Below, in pieces: positions 37,409 to 51,369 of a stretch of 64,000 bases of DNA (position 1 is the first letter of the stretch; each line of letters starts with the position of its first letter). Both the position numbers and the translations under genes were made by a program. The notes beneath the pieces were generated by a model. It was not told the origin of the DNA. It searched no databases and worked only from the letters and a program-made list of their open reading frames with translations. Origin of the DNA: Octopus vulgaris (lineage: Eukaryota); contig OX597815.1 of NCBI GenBank assembly GCA_951406725.2, forward strand, positions 213,156,001 to 213,220,000. The letters are read 5' to 3'.

Positions 37409-39120
37409 ATGAAGTACCTAGCTAAAGATAAACCCCACTACATAGCTTTTGTGGACTTGGAGAAAGCCTTTGACAGGGTCCCCCGATCCCTTATCTGGTG
37501 GTCGATGCGGAAACTGGAGATCGACGAATGGCTAATAAGGGCTGTACAGACCCTATACAGAGAGGCTGTCAGCAAAGTTAGGATTGGCAACGAATATAGT
37601 GAAGAATTCCGGGTAGAAGTAGGTGTACACCAAGGCTCAGCCCTCAGTCCCCTTTTATTCATCATAGTCCTCCAGGCAATAACAGAGGAATTCAAAACAG
37701 GTTGCCCCTGGGAGCTCCTCTATGCTGATGACCTGGCTCTCATAGCAGAATCACCACCGGAACTAGAAAAGAAATTTCGGGTGTGGAAGCAAGGGTTAGA
37801 ATCAAAGGGCCTTAGAGTAAATGTAGCAAAGACCAAAGTTATAGTAAGCAGAAAGGCGAACTCAGCACACCCCGCCTCGGGCAGGTGGCCCTGCTCGATC
37901 TGTAGGAAAGGTGTAGGTAGAAACTCCATAAGATGCACCAGTGTAAGCTATGGACGCATAAGAGGTGCAGCAACATCAAAGGGAAATTAACTGATAAGAT
38001 AGCTTTCATGTGCGGCAGATGCACAGGGACAATAGACACCACAGATACTCAGAAAACAGATTCCATCACACTCCAGGGGAAGAAACTAGAAGTAGTTGAT
38101 AGTTTCCGCTACCTGGGTGACCAAGTTAGTAGTGGAGGTGGATGCTCAGAGTGTCACCACTAGAATACGAATAGCCTGGGCAAAGTTCAGAAAGCTCCTA
38201 CCCCTACTGGCGACAAAGCGTCTCTCACTCAGAGTGAAAGGTAGATTGTATGATGCATGTGTGCGAACTGCCATGCTTCACGGTAGTGAAACATGGGCTG
38301 TGACTGCAGAGGACATGCGTAGACTTGAAAGGAATGAAGCTAGCATGATCCGCTGGATGTGTACTGTCAGTGTGCGCGCATGACAGAGGGTAAGCACCCT
38401 GAGAGAAATGCTGGACATAAGAAGCATCAGATGTGGTGTGCAAGAGCGCCGCTTGCGATGGTATGGTCATGTACTACGGATGGATGAGGAGAGATATGTG
38501 AAGAAGTGCCACTCCCAAACAGTTGAAGGTATCAGGGGAGAGGTAGACCCAGGAAGACATGGGATGAGGTAGTCAAGCATGACCTCAGAGCGTTGGGCCT
38601 CACTGAGGCAATGGCGAAGGACCGAGATCTCTGGAGATATGCTGTGACTGCAAAGACCCGGGCTGCTTCCTGCACCAGTTCCGCATAGCCCCTGCCCATT
38701 CAAAGTACCTTGGATTCCAGAACATCCCGCTGTGCTTGAAACCTGTTGAGTCAAGTACATGAACATCAAAATAAATATCAATGGAAATAGTAGTTGTGAT
38801 ACCTGTGCCCGTGGCACATAAAAAGCACCATCCAAACGTGGCCGATGCCAGCGCCGCTATGGCTGGCTTCCGTGCCGGTGGCACGTTAAAAGCACCAACC
38901 AATCATGGCCGATGCCAGACTCCCCTGGCACCTGTGCAGGTGGCACGTAAAAAGCACCCACTACACTCGCGGAGTGGTTGGCGTTAGGAAGGGCATCCAG
39001 CTGTAGAAACACTGCCAGATCAGACTGGAGCCTGGTGCAGCCCCTGGCTTCCCAGACCCCGGTCGAACCGTCCAACCCGTGCTAGTGCGGAAAACGGACG
39101 TTAAACGATGATGATGATGA
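37409..39120 (+). mobile_element. 5'-truncated RTE-clade LINE (reverse transcriptase plus Cys/His finger), frameshifted, ending in a (GAT)n tail
   Basis: FVDLEKAFDRVP, GVHQGSALSPLLF, YADD, WPCSIC..WTHKRC, FRYLG, MLHGSETW. Frameshifts near 37938 and 38150, stop at 38381. Confidence 0.93.
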
Positions 39121-40889
39121 TATCCATCTCTTGTAAATCATTCAGTCACTCCATTTTATACATGTTTCACCCATCATATTTTATTTACTAACTGCAGTCT
39201 TTGGCAAGTCTTACCTTCTTAAATCCTAACAGATATCAAATATTTTTGCATTAAAAACATCTTTCTTACAGGTAAATTACTTTGTAATTCCAAAATGGTT
39301 AATATACAGAATGTGAATATCATCACCATCCTTAGAGCGTCAGCCTTTCATACTGGCATGGGTGAGACGCTTTGACTGAAACTGGTAAGCTGGAGCTGCA
39401 CCAGGTTCCTATCTGATTTGACATGGTTTCTACATTTCCTAATGCCAACCACTCCAAGAGTGTAGTGGGTGCTTTTTATGTGCCACAACTTTGATTTCAT
39501 TTGGATTGACAAATCTTCTCAAGCATGGCATATTGCCAAAGGTCTCAGTCACTTGATCCCATTTGTGAAGTCCAACATTTGAAGGGTGCTTTTTACGTGC
39601 CACTGGCATTGGCCATGACTATGGTTTCACTTGGCTTGACGGGTTTTCTAAAGCACAGCGTATCACCAAAGGGCTCAGTCACTTGCCATTGCCTCTGTGA
39701 AGCCCAACATTTGGAGATCATGCTTCACACTTTCTTCATGAAATAATTGCTAGAAGTATAAAAGCTAGCAACATTTTATATTGTTGTTGAAAGCATTCAT
39801 TTGATTTTAAGACTGATTCAGTTCTATCATATGAGATATTTATCTTCAAAATGATTATTTGATTTTATAGCCTATAAATAAACACAATGCTGAATGAAAT
39901 ATAGTTCAACTTAAGCTATGAATATTTTTCATTATCTGGCTTTAAAAACACTCTTGATTTTAAGGCTAATCTCGTACTGCCATATGTTACAACAGTCAGT
40001 AACGTTTAACTCACGGCCTCCAAATAGACTTCAAAATTAGCTTTATGCTATCTTAAAAACAATTTAGAGTTGCCTTCAAAAACATTTTACCTTTAAAAGT
40101 TACCTTTCATCAGTAACACTTACCATACTACTACTAGCTTACATGTAAGTTCTTTTTTATCATAAGTTTCATTTTAGTTAATGAATTCAAAAATGAAATT
40201 TATTTTAATTTTAAATATTTCCTATTTTTTCTCAAAAGGCAATTATAATGTAAACACACAAAAGAATTTGTTTAAAAAATAAAAAGTAATGTATTGCCTG
40301 CAACACTTTTATGGAATGTCATCACAGGTCTCTTTTGGCTGACCTTATTTTAGACACGATTGAAATTAAAGGAATACTGCAGTCAGTTGGTACATCACAG
40401 ACGAAATGTGCAGATTTTGTCCCAACTAGAAATAACCTTTTCAAATTTTTAATTCTCGATGAAACAATTTAACTAATCAAAATTTCTCTCAATTTACTGT
40501 CTTAAAAGGACACATTGTCATACTCTCGGAGTGGTTGGCATTAGGAAGGGCATCCAGCTGTAGAAACTCTGCCAGATCAAGATTGGAGCCTGGTGCAGCC
40601 ATCCCTCAGTCAAAATCGTCCAACCCATGCTAGCATGGAAAGCAGACGTTAAACGATGATGTTAGTCTTAGGTTGCTTCTGATCATGATTATCAGAATTA
40701 AAAGGGGCCTAACAAGAAGTAAACATTCCAGCTCTCTCGCTTGTTTACATGAATAATATTCAATCAACTGTTCTCTAACCACTATTTAGCCCTAGGAAGC
40801 ATCGACGCTTCCTGTTGGCCTTGACACATTTCCTGTGTCCTTATATATTTACGAAGGGGAGACAAGCACCCTCAACAGCTAGGCCTGCA

Positions 40890-40935
40890 TCTAGAGACAT
40901 GCATGTTTCTGGGTCTTGCCCGTCATCAGTCTAGA
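40890..40935 (-). ncRNA. Minimal type I hammerhead ribozyme in a Penelope-like repeat
   Basis: TCTAGA-CTGATGA-cGGGcaagaCCCa-GAAAC-atgcat-GTC-TCTAGA. Confidence 0.8.
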
Positions 40936-41378
40936 GTAGCAGAGGCCTGCTAGCTGAAGATATCTGTCTAGACTTCGTATATCATCATCATCATCATCGT
41001 TTAACGCCCGCTTTCCATGCTAGCATGGGTTGGACGGTTCAACTGGGGTCTGGCAAGCTCGAAGGCTGCACCAGACCAGTCAGATCTGGCAGTGTTTCTA
41101 CAGCTGGATGCCCTTCCTAACGCCAACCACTCCGAGAGTGTAGTGGGTGATTTTATGTGCCACCGACACAGGTGCCAGGCGAGGCTGGCAGACAGCCACG
41201 CTCGGATGGTGTTTTTATGTGCCACCGACACAGGTGCCAGACGAGGCTGGCGAACGGCCACGCTCGGATGGTTTTCTTATGTACCACCGGCACTGGTACC
41301 ACAAGGATACAAATTCCATTGATATATGTCCGTCCAACCCATGCTAGCATGGAAAGCGGACGTTAAACGATGATGATG

Positions 41379-41410
<32 letters not shown>

Positions 41411-41633
41411 CACATATATATATATATATTCTAATTTTGGTGATCAGTGAATAAACTTCACTGAAAAAAAATATATATATATATAATAAATAAAACATGT
41501 ACGTACCTACCTCTACATGTATATATACATGCATATATGGGTACAGGACACCAAAAAAACGTTGAACACAATGAGAAAATATATGTATTTACGAAGTCTA
41601 GACAGGTATCTTCAGCTAGCAGGCTTCTGCTAC

Positions 41634-41679
41634 TCTAGACTGATGACGGGCAAGACCCAGAAACATGCATGTCTCTAGA
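41634..41679 (+). ncRNA. Minimal type I hammerhead ribozyme, inverted twin
   Basis: Identical core CTGATGA/GAAAC/GTC with palindromic stem III. Confidence 0.8.
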
Positions 41680-43973
41680 TGCAGGCCTAGCTGTTGAGGG
41701 TGCTTGTCTCCCCTTCGTAAATATATATAAGGACACAGGAAGTGTCGATGCTTCCTAGGGCTAAATAGCGGTGGTGTAATTCCCTTTGCAGGACTGTCAC
41801 GTTATGTCGAAAGTATACAACCGCTTATCGCTCCACCACTACTCATGTCTCTCTGAGATATTTAGAAATTCAATATTTCTAATTTTGCTCCCTAACCCTC
41901 TAGCATTTAAACCAGCCAAAATAGTCTACCTGCTTTGTGTTCAAACTGGCCAAATCTGATTGTTCACACCTACCCTTTATGTCATTCTAAAAATAAACAC
42001 TCACATCAAACACCTGAAGCTACAAGATAATGCATGATTAATTCAAAACAATGTGAATTAATAAGCATTACATTTGACAGAAGAGTCTGAATGGTCAAAG
42101 CTGCCGGAATGTGAACAATAAGATATTGCAATTCAAATATTTTGCATTTCTCAAAACCATAAAACTTTCCATTTTACACACTGTATATATATGCAGCACG
42201 GATTCCTGTCAGTGAACAAGTCGCGGATTTTAGCGACAAAAATATTTTGACAAATTAAACTTAAATGCTGAAGTGAATCGAACGGCTTTTGTGTGTTTCT
42301 TAAATGGCTTATAAACACCTTCCACGCTGCAATTGTTTTCGTTTCAGCACACGATCTCAGATCAAATTACTTGCTATGCGAGTACATCTCCGTAATATAT
42401 ATATATATATATATATACATTATACATATATTCATTTTAATGTCCATTTTCCCATGCTTGCATGTGTCAGACAGAATTTTGACAGCTGGATGCCTGTCCT
42501 GTTTCCAACCTTCACCTGTCTCCACATAAGGTAATATGACCAGACAAGTCTTTCTCAGAAGATTGGGAATGAAGGATACCAATTGCATGACAGACACATT
42601 CATTTCTAACTATCATGGGATGTCTAAGCATGGAGACTAATATGCACACACACAATGGGCTTCTTTCAGTTTCCATCTACCAAATCCATTCACAAGGCTT
42701 GGTTTGGGAATCAGATAGTGAGATTGAACACAGAACCATGTGGTTGGAAAGCTAAATATATATCCTATTATAAATTTGAGTGATGTTTCTGTTACATTTT
42801 TATGTTTGCTAATTCCTCCTAGACCATTGGTGCAAGGACAGCGAAACTCAAACCAGCAACTCCCCTAATCCCAAAGAATGTCCCAAGGGGTCTATTTTTT
42901 AAAGGGCCGCAACTAACCCCCCTAGTTTCACTGCATTTTGAACTGAATACATGCCATTGGCGACCAAATCAGAGCAATGACAATGAATTTCATACTATGT
43001 ACTCCCAGGAGTATTATAAGGAGGCTCAGTTTTTGAGCCCCCCCCCCCCCCCCAATTTTTACTGCACCTTGCTTCTACGCTTATTGATCAATAACTATGA
43101 TCAATATCAGTGCTCAGCATATTGGCAGAAATACGTTTGAGCATTCTAACTACCTTCACATACATTCAAATCACGATAAAGTGTTATATAACAGGTATGT
43201 TTCAAATGTGGTAGAGTGGATAGTAATACTTTGTAGTTTATTATGTCCAGTATATATATACACATACTATTTCAGGTAGTTTCAAATTAATCTCCTAAAA
43301 ATCTAAACTTACTTCTTTTTGCATCAAGCAAACGATGATCAAAGGACATTCCAGTCATGACCATCACAGCTATTAAAGTCATAGTATTAACCAGGACTGC
43401 TATTATCTGACAGTTGCCTTTTAAGATGGCAGGTTATGAGGAAAATTTTGCCGCTATTTCTAGCAGACAAAGCAACCACATAGGCTCCCTCATCGGTCAC
43501 CCTGTAGAAATTAGCAGAAAAGGCAATGTTACCAAAGTAGAGAGATTTAGAGATGATGAATTTAATTAGATAAATATCACCAACGTGAATATCCCAGATG
43601 ATGGGAACGAATGGTAAGACAAGAATATGGAACTCATTTCAAGCTTCTTACAGACATGTAACGACTATCTCATGTAAAAAGAGTAAAATTATATTTTGTA
43701 TCAGAGTCGTATGGATTCACATCCCGGATTTATTACAAAATCAAACACTTTAAAATTATGGAACAATTTTTTTAATAAAAAAGGTTATACTACGTTTTAA
43801 ATATCTGACGAAAATACTTGGTATAATCTGTGAGATATAAAGAACCGAGACAGACGTACAGCATGGTCGCAACTACCAACGTTTGCAGATCATAAAAAAA
43901 AAAGACTACAAAATATGCGCAACATTCTGTGACCGTCACATCGAACCCATTCTGTACAGAGCAAATGATTTAC

Positions 43974-43977
<4 letters not shown>

Positions 43978-44033
<56 letters not shown>
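43978..44033. repeat. (TA)n microsatellite (others at about 44695 and 50982)
   Basis: Seen directly. Confidence 0.95.
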
Positions 44034-44037
<4 letters not shown>

Positions 44038-45527
44038 CATTAAATGCCGGTTAAAAAGTAATCCCCAAAATAAGTGGTATGACAGATGGTGACGACTTCC
44101 AGTTCTTACGTTTGAGGCTAAGAACGAAATATCTGAAGATTTCACACACACAATCGAGAGAGACATCGGAGAATAAAGGCTGTATATTTTGGCGATTTAG
44201 TTGTACTATTTAACTTCCTGAAATCTATAACCATTGTTTAAATCACTAAATCAACAGAGTATCTCGGTTTCTTAAGTCGTAGAAAGCAGAAGAATTTTAC
44301 ATCAACGAAGCTAGATTGTTCGAACGGGACACACCACTCTAGAAGATTCAATCAATGAAGGAATACGGTTAATTAGCTGGTAATTGTTTTATTTTAAAGC
44401 GAGTTATGACAAAGAAAAGAAACAGTAAGGTACAAAATAGTTACCAAATTTTCCAATAAGACCGTTTTTTTAAAACATATTTCAGGTTGAAAGTTTTACA
44501 CGTGACAACTAAAACCGGCATTAAATAGATTAATGAGAAAATAAATCGTACAATTGTATTATTAGAACAGCTGCCGCGAAACAAAAGAATTCAGCGTGAA
44601 TAGGTTTCTATCTACTATTTAATGTATTCAATTTAATCAAGTCACCCACCTAAAAGCAAAGATCGTCATAATTAGATATCGAACCGTAGCGATTTATATA
44701 TATATATATATATATATATATGATATACAAAATCCACAATATGGTGTAGAATCGGTTGTTTTGGCAATCGTGCTCGAAGCAGGTAAACGTGTTGATGGCA
44801 AAGTTTATTCCATCCTGGGACCAGCAACAGGATTACAACCTCATTATACGGATATAACCAACCGTAAAATATGAAAAAGTGCCGTTTGGGGGATATAATA
44901 TATATATATAGTTCGTTAAATATGTTAAGTGAGAGGTTAATCTGGGCAAGGAAAGTGGATCGATGATCGTTCTGGTATGAAACGAGTTGGAGAAAACTGA
45001 TTAAAAGCCAGAGAAGAACTCACATGTCTTCTTCTCTCCGACCCCGATTCTTACCTTTTCCCGACTCGAATAAAGTTTAACATCTCACAGCTGTTTAAAT
45101 GTGTTGCCTTTCAAATCTGGTTTAGGCTGTTAGATATCTTAATTCAAGAGGCCTTTCGAAGGAATTTTAGAAAAACTCCTTCTGGAATATAAATCAGTTT
45201 TTGATGCCAAAATAAAAGCGAGAATCGACGAATTGGGGAGATTTTTTACGGCGACTGAAAACGTCCACGAGGCATCTTGGATTCTTATATAAACATCTTG
45301 GATGTTTTAATAGTGAATGTGGAGGGGAATCGTCTCGAAGCAAACGATGATTATAAGTGGGGATGAGAAGGAAATTCCAATTAAAAACTTAATTAAAATC
45401 GAAAATTAAAACAAAAACTTAATGTCAGCCATTTTGGAAAAAAAGAAAAAAAAAAGGTTTTTTTGATTTTTTTTTTCTTTTTCCTTTGATTCAAAAGGTT
45501 TTTTAGGAATAAGTTTTGGGAACTCAC

Positions 45528-45601
45528 TTTGACGTCGTCGTCTTCGTCTTCTCCTTCCCATTTGTCGCTGACAACGTGTTGGAAATCAAAATCTTCCTTT
45601 T
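45528..45601 (-). CDS. EIF3J: eIF3j exon 2 (EKEDFDFQHVVSDKWEGEDEDDDVK)
   Basis: TTTTGACAG acceptor, GTGAGT donor, conserved acidic W motif. Confidence 0.93.
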
Positions 45602-45801
45602 CTGTCAAAAGAGAACCAACAATATTGAAGTGCCCCACGATGGGAGGCAGACAAAGAAATTCGAGATTAAACGACAATAACAAGCGGTTTTGTGGAGTAT
45701 AGAGAGACGGAGGTGAAAAGTAATGAGATGATATGAGCATAAAAAGTGCCCTAAACCCTCGGAATGCCCGGGTTTGGTGGAAAGCTTCGGGTCCGACTTA
45801 C

Positions 45802-45820
45802 CCCAGTCTGCGTCCGACAT
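45802..45820 (-). CDS. EIF3J: eIF3 subunit J, coding exon 1 (MSDADW)
   Basis: ATG at 45820, GTAAGT donor at 45801. The nine exons join in frame into a 230-aa protein with eIF3j motifs (DKWEGEDEDDDVKDNWED, EKLRRRQLQEESDL, C-terminal DFM). Confidence 0.88.
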
Positions 45821-46220
45821 CTTGCAAAACGTTGCCGCTACTGATTATACTCTCGCAGCTCAGCAGAAATCGCTAACATGCGGGGGTTTTTTAATTAAAA
45901 AAGAACAGACTCTCAACACATAAATATAATGTTTAGTTTTTATATTAAATATTTTTACAATTTTTATTGAACAAAAAAAGGATGATAGAGCCTTCGTTAG
46001 TTTCTTTTCAAAAATAAGTCCCTACTTGGAGATTATACGCATGTGTTTTATATGCGTATGTCAGTTAATATTTTTCTAAAACAAATTAATTTTTTTCTTA
46101 TATTATATTATTAAGAAACTTAATGTCACGTTTATTCACTTCATAAATTTATTATACCTTTTAAAATAATTTTATAATTTTCTGTTGCTATGGTTTACGG
46201 TTTTGATTTCTCGTTGCAAC

Positions 46221-46252
46221 GTGACGCATCCCGCAAAAAAGTTTGGCGCCAA
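46221..46252. promoter_or_regulatory. CRE-like TGACGCA plus E2F-like TTTGGCGCCAA upstream of eIF3j
   Basis: Motif match in a CpG-enriched patch about 420 bp upstream of the eIF3j ATG. Confidence 0.4.
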
Positions 46253-48378
46253 GTGACATAAGCAGTGCTCGAAACTGGTCCCAATGTCTCTGCCTACGTG
46301 ACTCAACGTCGGACCAGAAGCCATTCGCTCTAATTTCAACACGTTACTTCATCATTTATTTATTTATGATATTCATTTCTTTTACACTTGCCTCTGTTTA
46401 TAACGAACCTTTCAAATTACAAACTATATGGTATAAATTCGTTTAAGTGTGTCTGTCCCATTTCGCCCACTTCTTAACAGCAGGATGTCGCCATACATTC
46501 TACTCTAATAATCGTTAAAGATAATTTGTCAACTCAAAATAGTTTTTTATACCTAATTTACAAACGTATTTAATTATTTGAGCGTTTATAAATTCATTAA
46601 GTTCTTGTATCGTGAAAGGTAAATTCTGATGTTTCTTCGAAAGGTCAGCTTACCACTCCTTTACAACACAGGAACTTTTTTCGTTTTACCACCACAGACC
46701 ATTACTACTTTCTCAGATTTTAAGTTATTTTCGTTTTCTTTTTTTACATTAAGTCTTTCTTAAAGTAATGCCAACAACCAATTTTTACAAAATCAAAAGT
46801 AGAATCTTGCTAGCGAATATTTGGAAAAGTTTAAATTCTGTGTATTTGGTTCGCTTACCATTTGCCTTTCCTCATGAGGAAAGGGAAAAGGTGGCTACCA
46901 AACTGAAGTGGGAGTAACACTCGAAAAAATTAGAAATTTTTAGATTTTTATTGTTACAGAACACCGAAGAACAGAGAGAAATGGAAAAAATACCCTTCCC
47001 AGTAACTTAGCAATATATTTGAGATACCATTTAGATAAAAAGGTCTTTTAGTTCGAGATCAGATATAGAGTCAAAAGTCTTCAATGCAACTGTCCCATCT
47101 TGTTTTCAGATACTATATTCAGAACTTCGGTGAAGGTAAAGAATACGTACACCTGGTGGTTAGGGTTTCGCATATTCTTTACCTCCGCCCTGGACTTCAT
47201 TATCCATTGTAATCTTTTATTTTCCCCGAGACATTGTGATGTGATTCGAAGATTGTGCTGCTATTTCTAGCAATTTGAGCGATCTCATAAAGACTTGTTT
47301 GTTCTTTCCTAGAACGGTTATAACGAGACTACGTTTGGTGGGTCAAAAATGATCTTTGCTCGCGCAAATTTCCTCACCAGACAACAGTAGACATGGTTTT
47401 ATTTCTAGTAGGCTACTGCGTATAACAGATGCCTTGATATTTTGTTCGGGCGGGTCTGTGATCTAACAAATTCATCATAAAAGATATATATGTGTATTAC
47501 TTTCAATTAGGATACAAAACCGAAGTTGGTTTAGAAATATCGCAAAACAATAGGCAAGTATTTGTTTAGCCCCAGGACAGAACTGATCGAGCAAAACCTA
47601 TGATCAAAAGCGTTCCAGTCTAAATTATCTTGACTTTTAACCTCTGATATAATGTACATGAGACAACATGCAATGCGAACTGAGGAAGATTTGCTTCGGC
47701 TGTTATTTCTAGCCGGTCGAGCGTCAGAGAAGAGGCCTCTGATGTGACAAACAAACCCTGAACAAAAATTCAGCGGGGAAAAGAAAAGATCCATGTCTGG
47801 AAAATGTACAAATATTTATGGAAAATGGTGTATATATGGTTTCATTAGGCTTACAATACCTCATTCGCTCAAAAATGATCTCGTATAATTCCTATAAAAG
47901 TAAATGGTTAGCGAATTGAGTAAAGATCAGAACACTATATTCCTTTTGCTTTTCAAGGAAATCAATTGCCTTGATTTTAATTAAAATTTGACATACATTG
48001 CTTACATATTTGAGATTGTCTCGAATTAAGTGTTGGTAAGTATCAAGAGAAAATAAAAGATAAATATCGTATGTCAAACCTCATAAATGTGTGGTTTAGA
48101 AGTCTATGAATGACCCTGTTAAGTGCAGCACACCTTACACGAGTGTGTACTCCCCCCGACTTTGTTTTCTCATAATTTTCAGAATGAATTTTTTTTAATG
48201 AAATTTTCTACAGATACCTTAAATCGAAATTTAATGGGGAGGGGCGAAATTGGTGGGCGCACAGACATAATATTTTTTTAAATTTCAAGTTTCATTTTGT
48301 ATACATACATACATAGATATATATGGTGTGTGCGCGTGGCCACCAACTTCTTCACATCAAATTCCGATATAATCTACA

Positions 48379-48695
48379 CCGGTGGTTCTCAACTGGGGTT
48401 CATATGGCCCCTGAGGGTCCACACAACAAAATAGTAAATTGAGGATTCACAATAGTATTTTAAGGGTCCCTGAAAAAATTTTCCAGTTGACATAGGTATT
48501 GGTATGTATTGCAAGAAACAGATTTATCTCTAATATTTTATATAGTTGAACCTACACAAATTAATGTGTGGAAAAAAATAATATTCTATAAAACTAGTTT
48601 TTAAACATAGAACGGCAACGGGGGTCCAACAGAATAAAAGAGCAATCAAAGGGGACCCATTAGATAAAAAGAAAAAAAAAGGTTGAGAACCCCTG
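48379..48695. mobile_element. hAT-like MITE
   Basis: TIRs CCGGTGGTTCTCAAC / GTTGAGAACCCCTG. Confidence 0.65.
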
Positions 48696-50524
48696 ATCTA
48701 ACCCATCTAAAAGATAATAATTTTTTTTTTTTTTTTACTTGTTTCAAGTCATTAGACTGCGGTTGTGCTGGGGTACTGTTTGGAGAATTTAAGTCGAACG
48801 AATCGACCCCGAAAAATTTCATTAAAAGAAATATCTTTTTCTCTGAAAGTTATGATAAAACAAAGTCGTGGTAGGAATGGTGGGGGGGGGGGAGCATTCT
48901 TCAGGTATGCCGTTAAATATCTATTTTCGAAAAAAAAAAAAAAAAAAATCACTCTAGCACCAAGTGTTTCAATTGATCCGTTCTTTGTAAATCTGAGAGC
49001 AAATGGAATGGACAAATACATTGCAGAATGGAAAAATTAGACGAAAAGAAAACAGACAAGATTAAGGAAAGATGCATTGCAATATGGCCGAGGGAAGATT
49101 CTTTAAGGGGTGGTGGGGATGACCTGTTTTCTATACAAATATGGTAGAGGCTCACATGTGTAATATAGTGAGATGTAAAACTTCGCTTAACTAAGATTAC
49201 CAATACAAAGAATAGACAAACCATCCGTGCTTAGAAGTTTAAAAAAAAAAAAAGGTGGTGGTGGGGGACGATAACTAATAATCTTTTCTACAGTAGACAC
49301 AGGACCTGAAGTTTGGGAGAGGGTTTAGTCGATTACATCGACCCCAGTGCTCAACGGATACTTATTTTATCGACCCCGAAAAGATGAAAGGCAAAGTTGA
49401 CCTTGGCAGAATTTGAAGTTAGAACGTAAAGGCGGACGAAATGCGGTTAAGCATTTTGTCCGGCGTGCTAACGATTCCGCCAGGTCACCGCCTTCAGGGG
49501 ATGACTAATAATAACAATTAATTGGCATTTTGGGAAAGTATAGCTGTAGTATGGGATCGAATATGGTCTTCAACCCTTTGGCATTCAAATTACTCTGTCA
49601 AATGAAATGCTTATTCACACTATTTTGAATTAACTATGCATTATTTGAGATTTCAATGAGTGACTATATTTTTAGAATGGCATTGTTGGATAGGTGTGAG
49701 AGGCTGGATTTGACTGATCTGAACATAAAACAGGGATATTTGGTCTAGATATGGTTGGTTTAAATGCCAGAGAGTTAGGGAAAGCAACGTACATTTCGTG
49801 TAGACGTACAGTGTTAAAACATGGAATCCAGCCGCAAAGTCTAATGACAGGTGCTTCTGATAGGACATAATAGAAGAAATGTCTGAGGACTCTACCCCCA
49901 CGACTCACCCGGGAATAGAAGATGGAGGAAATTCGGATGAAAAGAAGCAATCGATTAAAATTTCAGAAACTGTTTTTGGGTGCTGTACAGAACTATATAT
50001 TCCTAGGAATTAAGTACCAACAGAGAGTTGCATTTGGTCAAGTTGTTGACATACTCAGTGCCGGTGGGAAGTTCACTAGTTTAAATATCAATTCTTGAGC
50101 TGCAGATGTTTAGCTTTTTATATTCTGTGCACCTAATTGTAAATCTACTCTACGCAAGCGACTTTTGTAAGTAGCAAGAACAATTTATATAGTTAGCTTT
50201 TCCTTTAATGGTTTCAGTCGTAGGACTGAAGTCATGCTGGAGCACCGCCTATAACTTTCAAGAACAGACGAAGAGTAAAGTGTATAACTTGCTGTGATAT
50301 CTATTCCTGCAACGTTCGCAAGCCTTACTTTCTGGGAACGTTTTGATATGTTAAATAAATAAATACACATGTATATAAAATCTTTTGGCACAATTTCTGT
50401 TGGGTTAAGCAGGTATAAGCTGGGGTTAGTTCGACTAAATGTCTTGCGTCTTGCTTTTAATTTCTTTAAGCATGTCAGCTCAGCTGCAACATTCATCCTA
50501 AAAGAGTAATTGATTTTAATCTGG

Positions 50525-50640
50525 ATACTACTTAAATACAAAGGTCCCGACGCCTCTACGTAACCCTAACCCTAACGAGTGTGCACTGTAAAAACATATC
50601 GTTACATAGATGCATCGGGACCCCTGTATTTAAGTAGTGT
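50525..50640. mobile_element. Small MITE/foldback with about 40-bp inverted arms and internal (TAACCC)2
   Basis: ATACTACTTAAATACA..GGTCCCGA..GTAAC versus GTTAC..TCGGGACC..TGTATTTAAGTAGTGT. Confidence 0.65.
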
Positions 50641-50977
50641 CTTAATCTGTTCATATATCATAAATTCACTGAGAAAAAAACCCCTAAATATACAATTTAC
50701 ATGTTAGTTTGGAATTAAATATATATATTTTTTATATTGGCGAAGGAAATTTGTGATGAAAATCCATTTAATTGGAGCGTTAGCGAGCTAAGTGAAACGA
50801 AATATATATTTATAGGCGTGACTGTGTTGTAAGAGGCTTGCATCTCAACCACATGGTTCCAGGTTCAATCCCATTGCAAGGCACCTTTGGCAAGTCTCTT
50901 GTACTATAGCCTAGGGGCAACCAAAGCCTTGTGAGTGGAATTGGTAGACGGAAACTGAATAAAGCTCGTCGTGTATG

Positions 50978-51037
<60 letters not shown>

Positions 51038-51369
51038 GTGTGTGTGTCTTTGTGTTTGTCCCCCGCCACCATTTGACAACGGGTATTGATGTGTTTACGC
51101 AGCCGTAACTTAGCGGTTCGGCAAAAAAAACGATAGTATAAATACTAGGCATTAGTACTGGGGTCGATTTATTCGACCACAAATTCTTCGAGACGGTGTC
51201 CCAGCATGGCTGCAATCTAATGACTGAAACGAATAAAAACATAAAAAATGATAGATGCACATAGATTTAATGAGGGAAGAGAGGAGAAAATGTGAAGGTG
51301 CGAGAATGGAAGGAAATATTTTTTCCAGTTGGACCGAAAGGGGAAATAACTCTCCGGTACTAAAAGAAA

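Larger units (their letters stand above)
40779..41772. repeat. About 190-bp inverted repeats (40779-40978 / 41590-41772) flanking a SINE and microsatellites
   Basis: Near-perfect reverse-complement arms, visible directly. Confidence 0.9.

Noticed and set aside
45000-45160. Alternative exon or ncRNA in eIF3j intron 2 (GTAAGA and GTGAGT donor-like sites, ACAtgt)
   Set aside because: No convincing acceptor, H box or stable two-hairpin fold could be found by eye.
50560-50576. Interstitial telomere
   Set aside because: Only about 2.5 TAACCC units, inside a small foldback element
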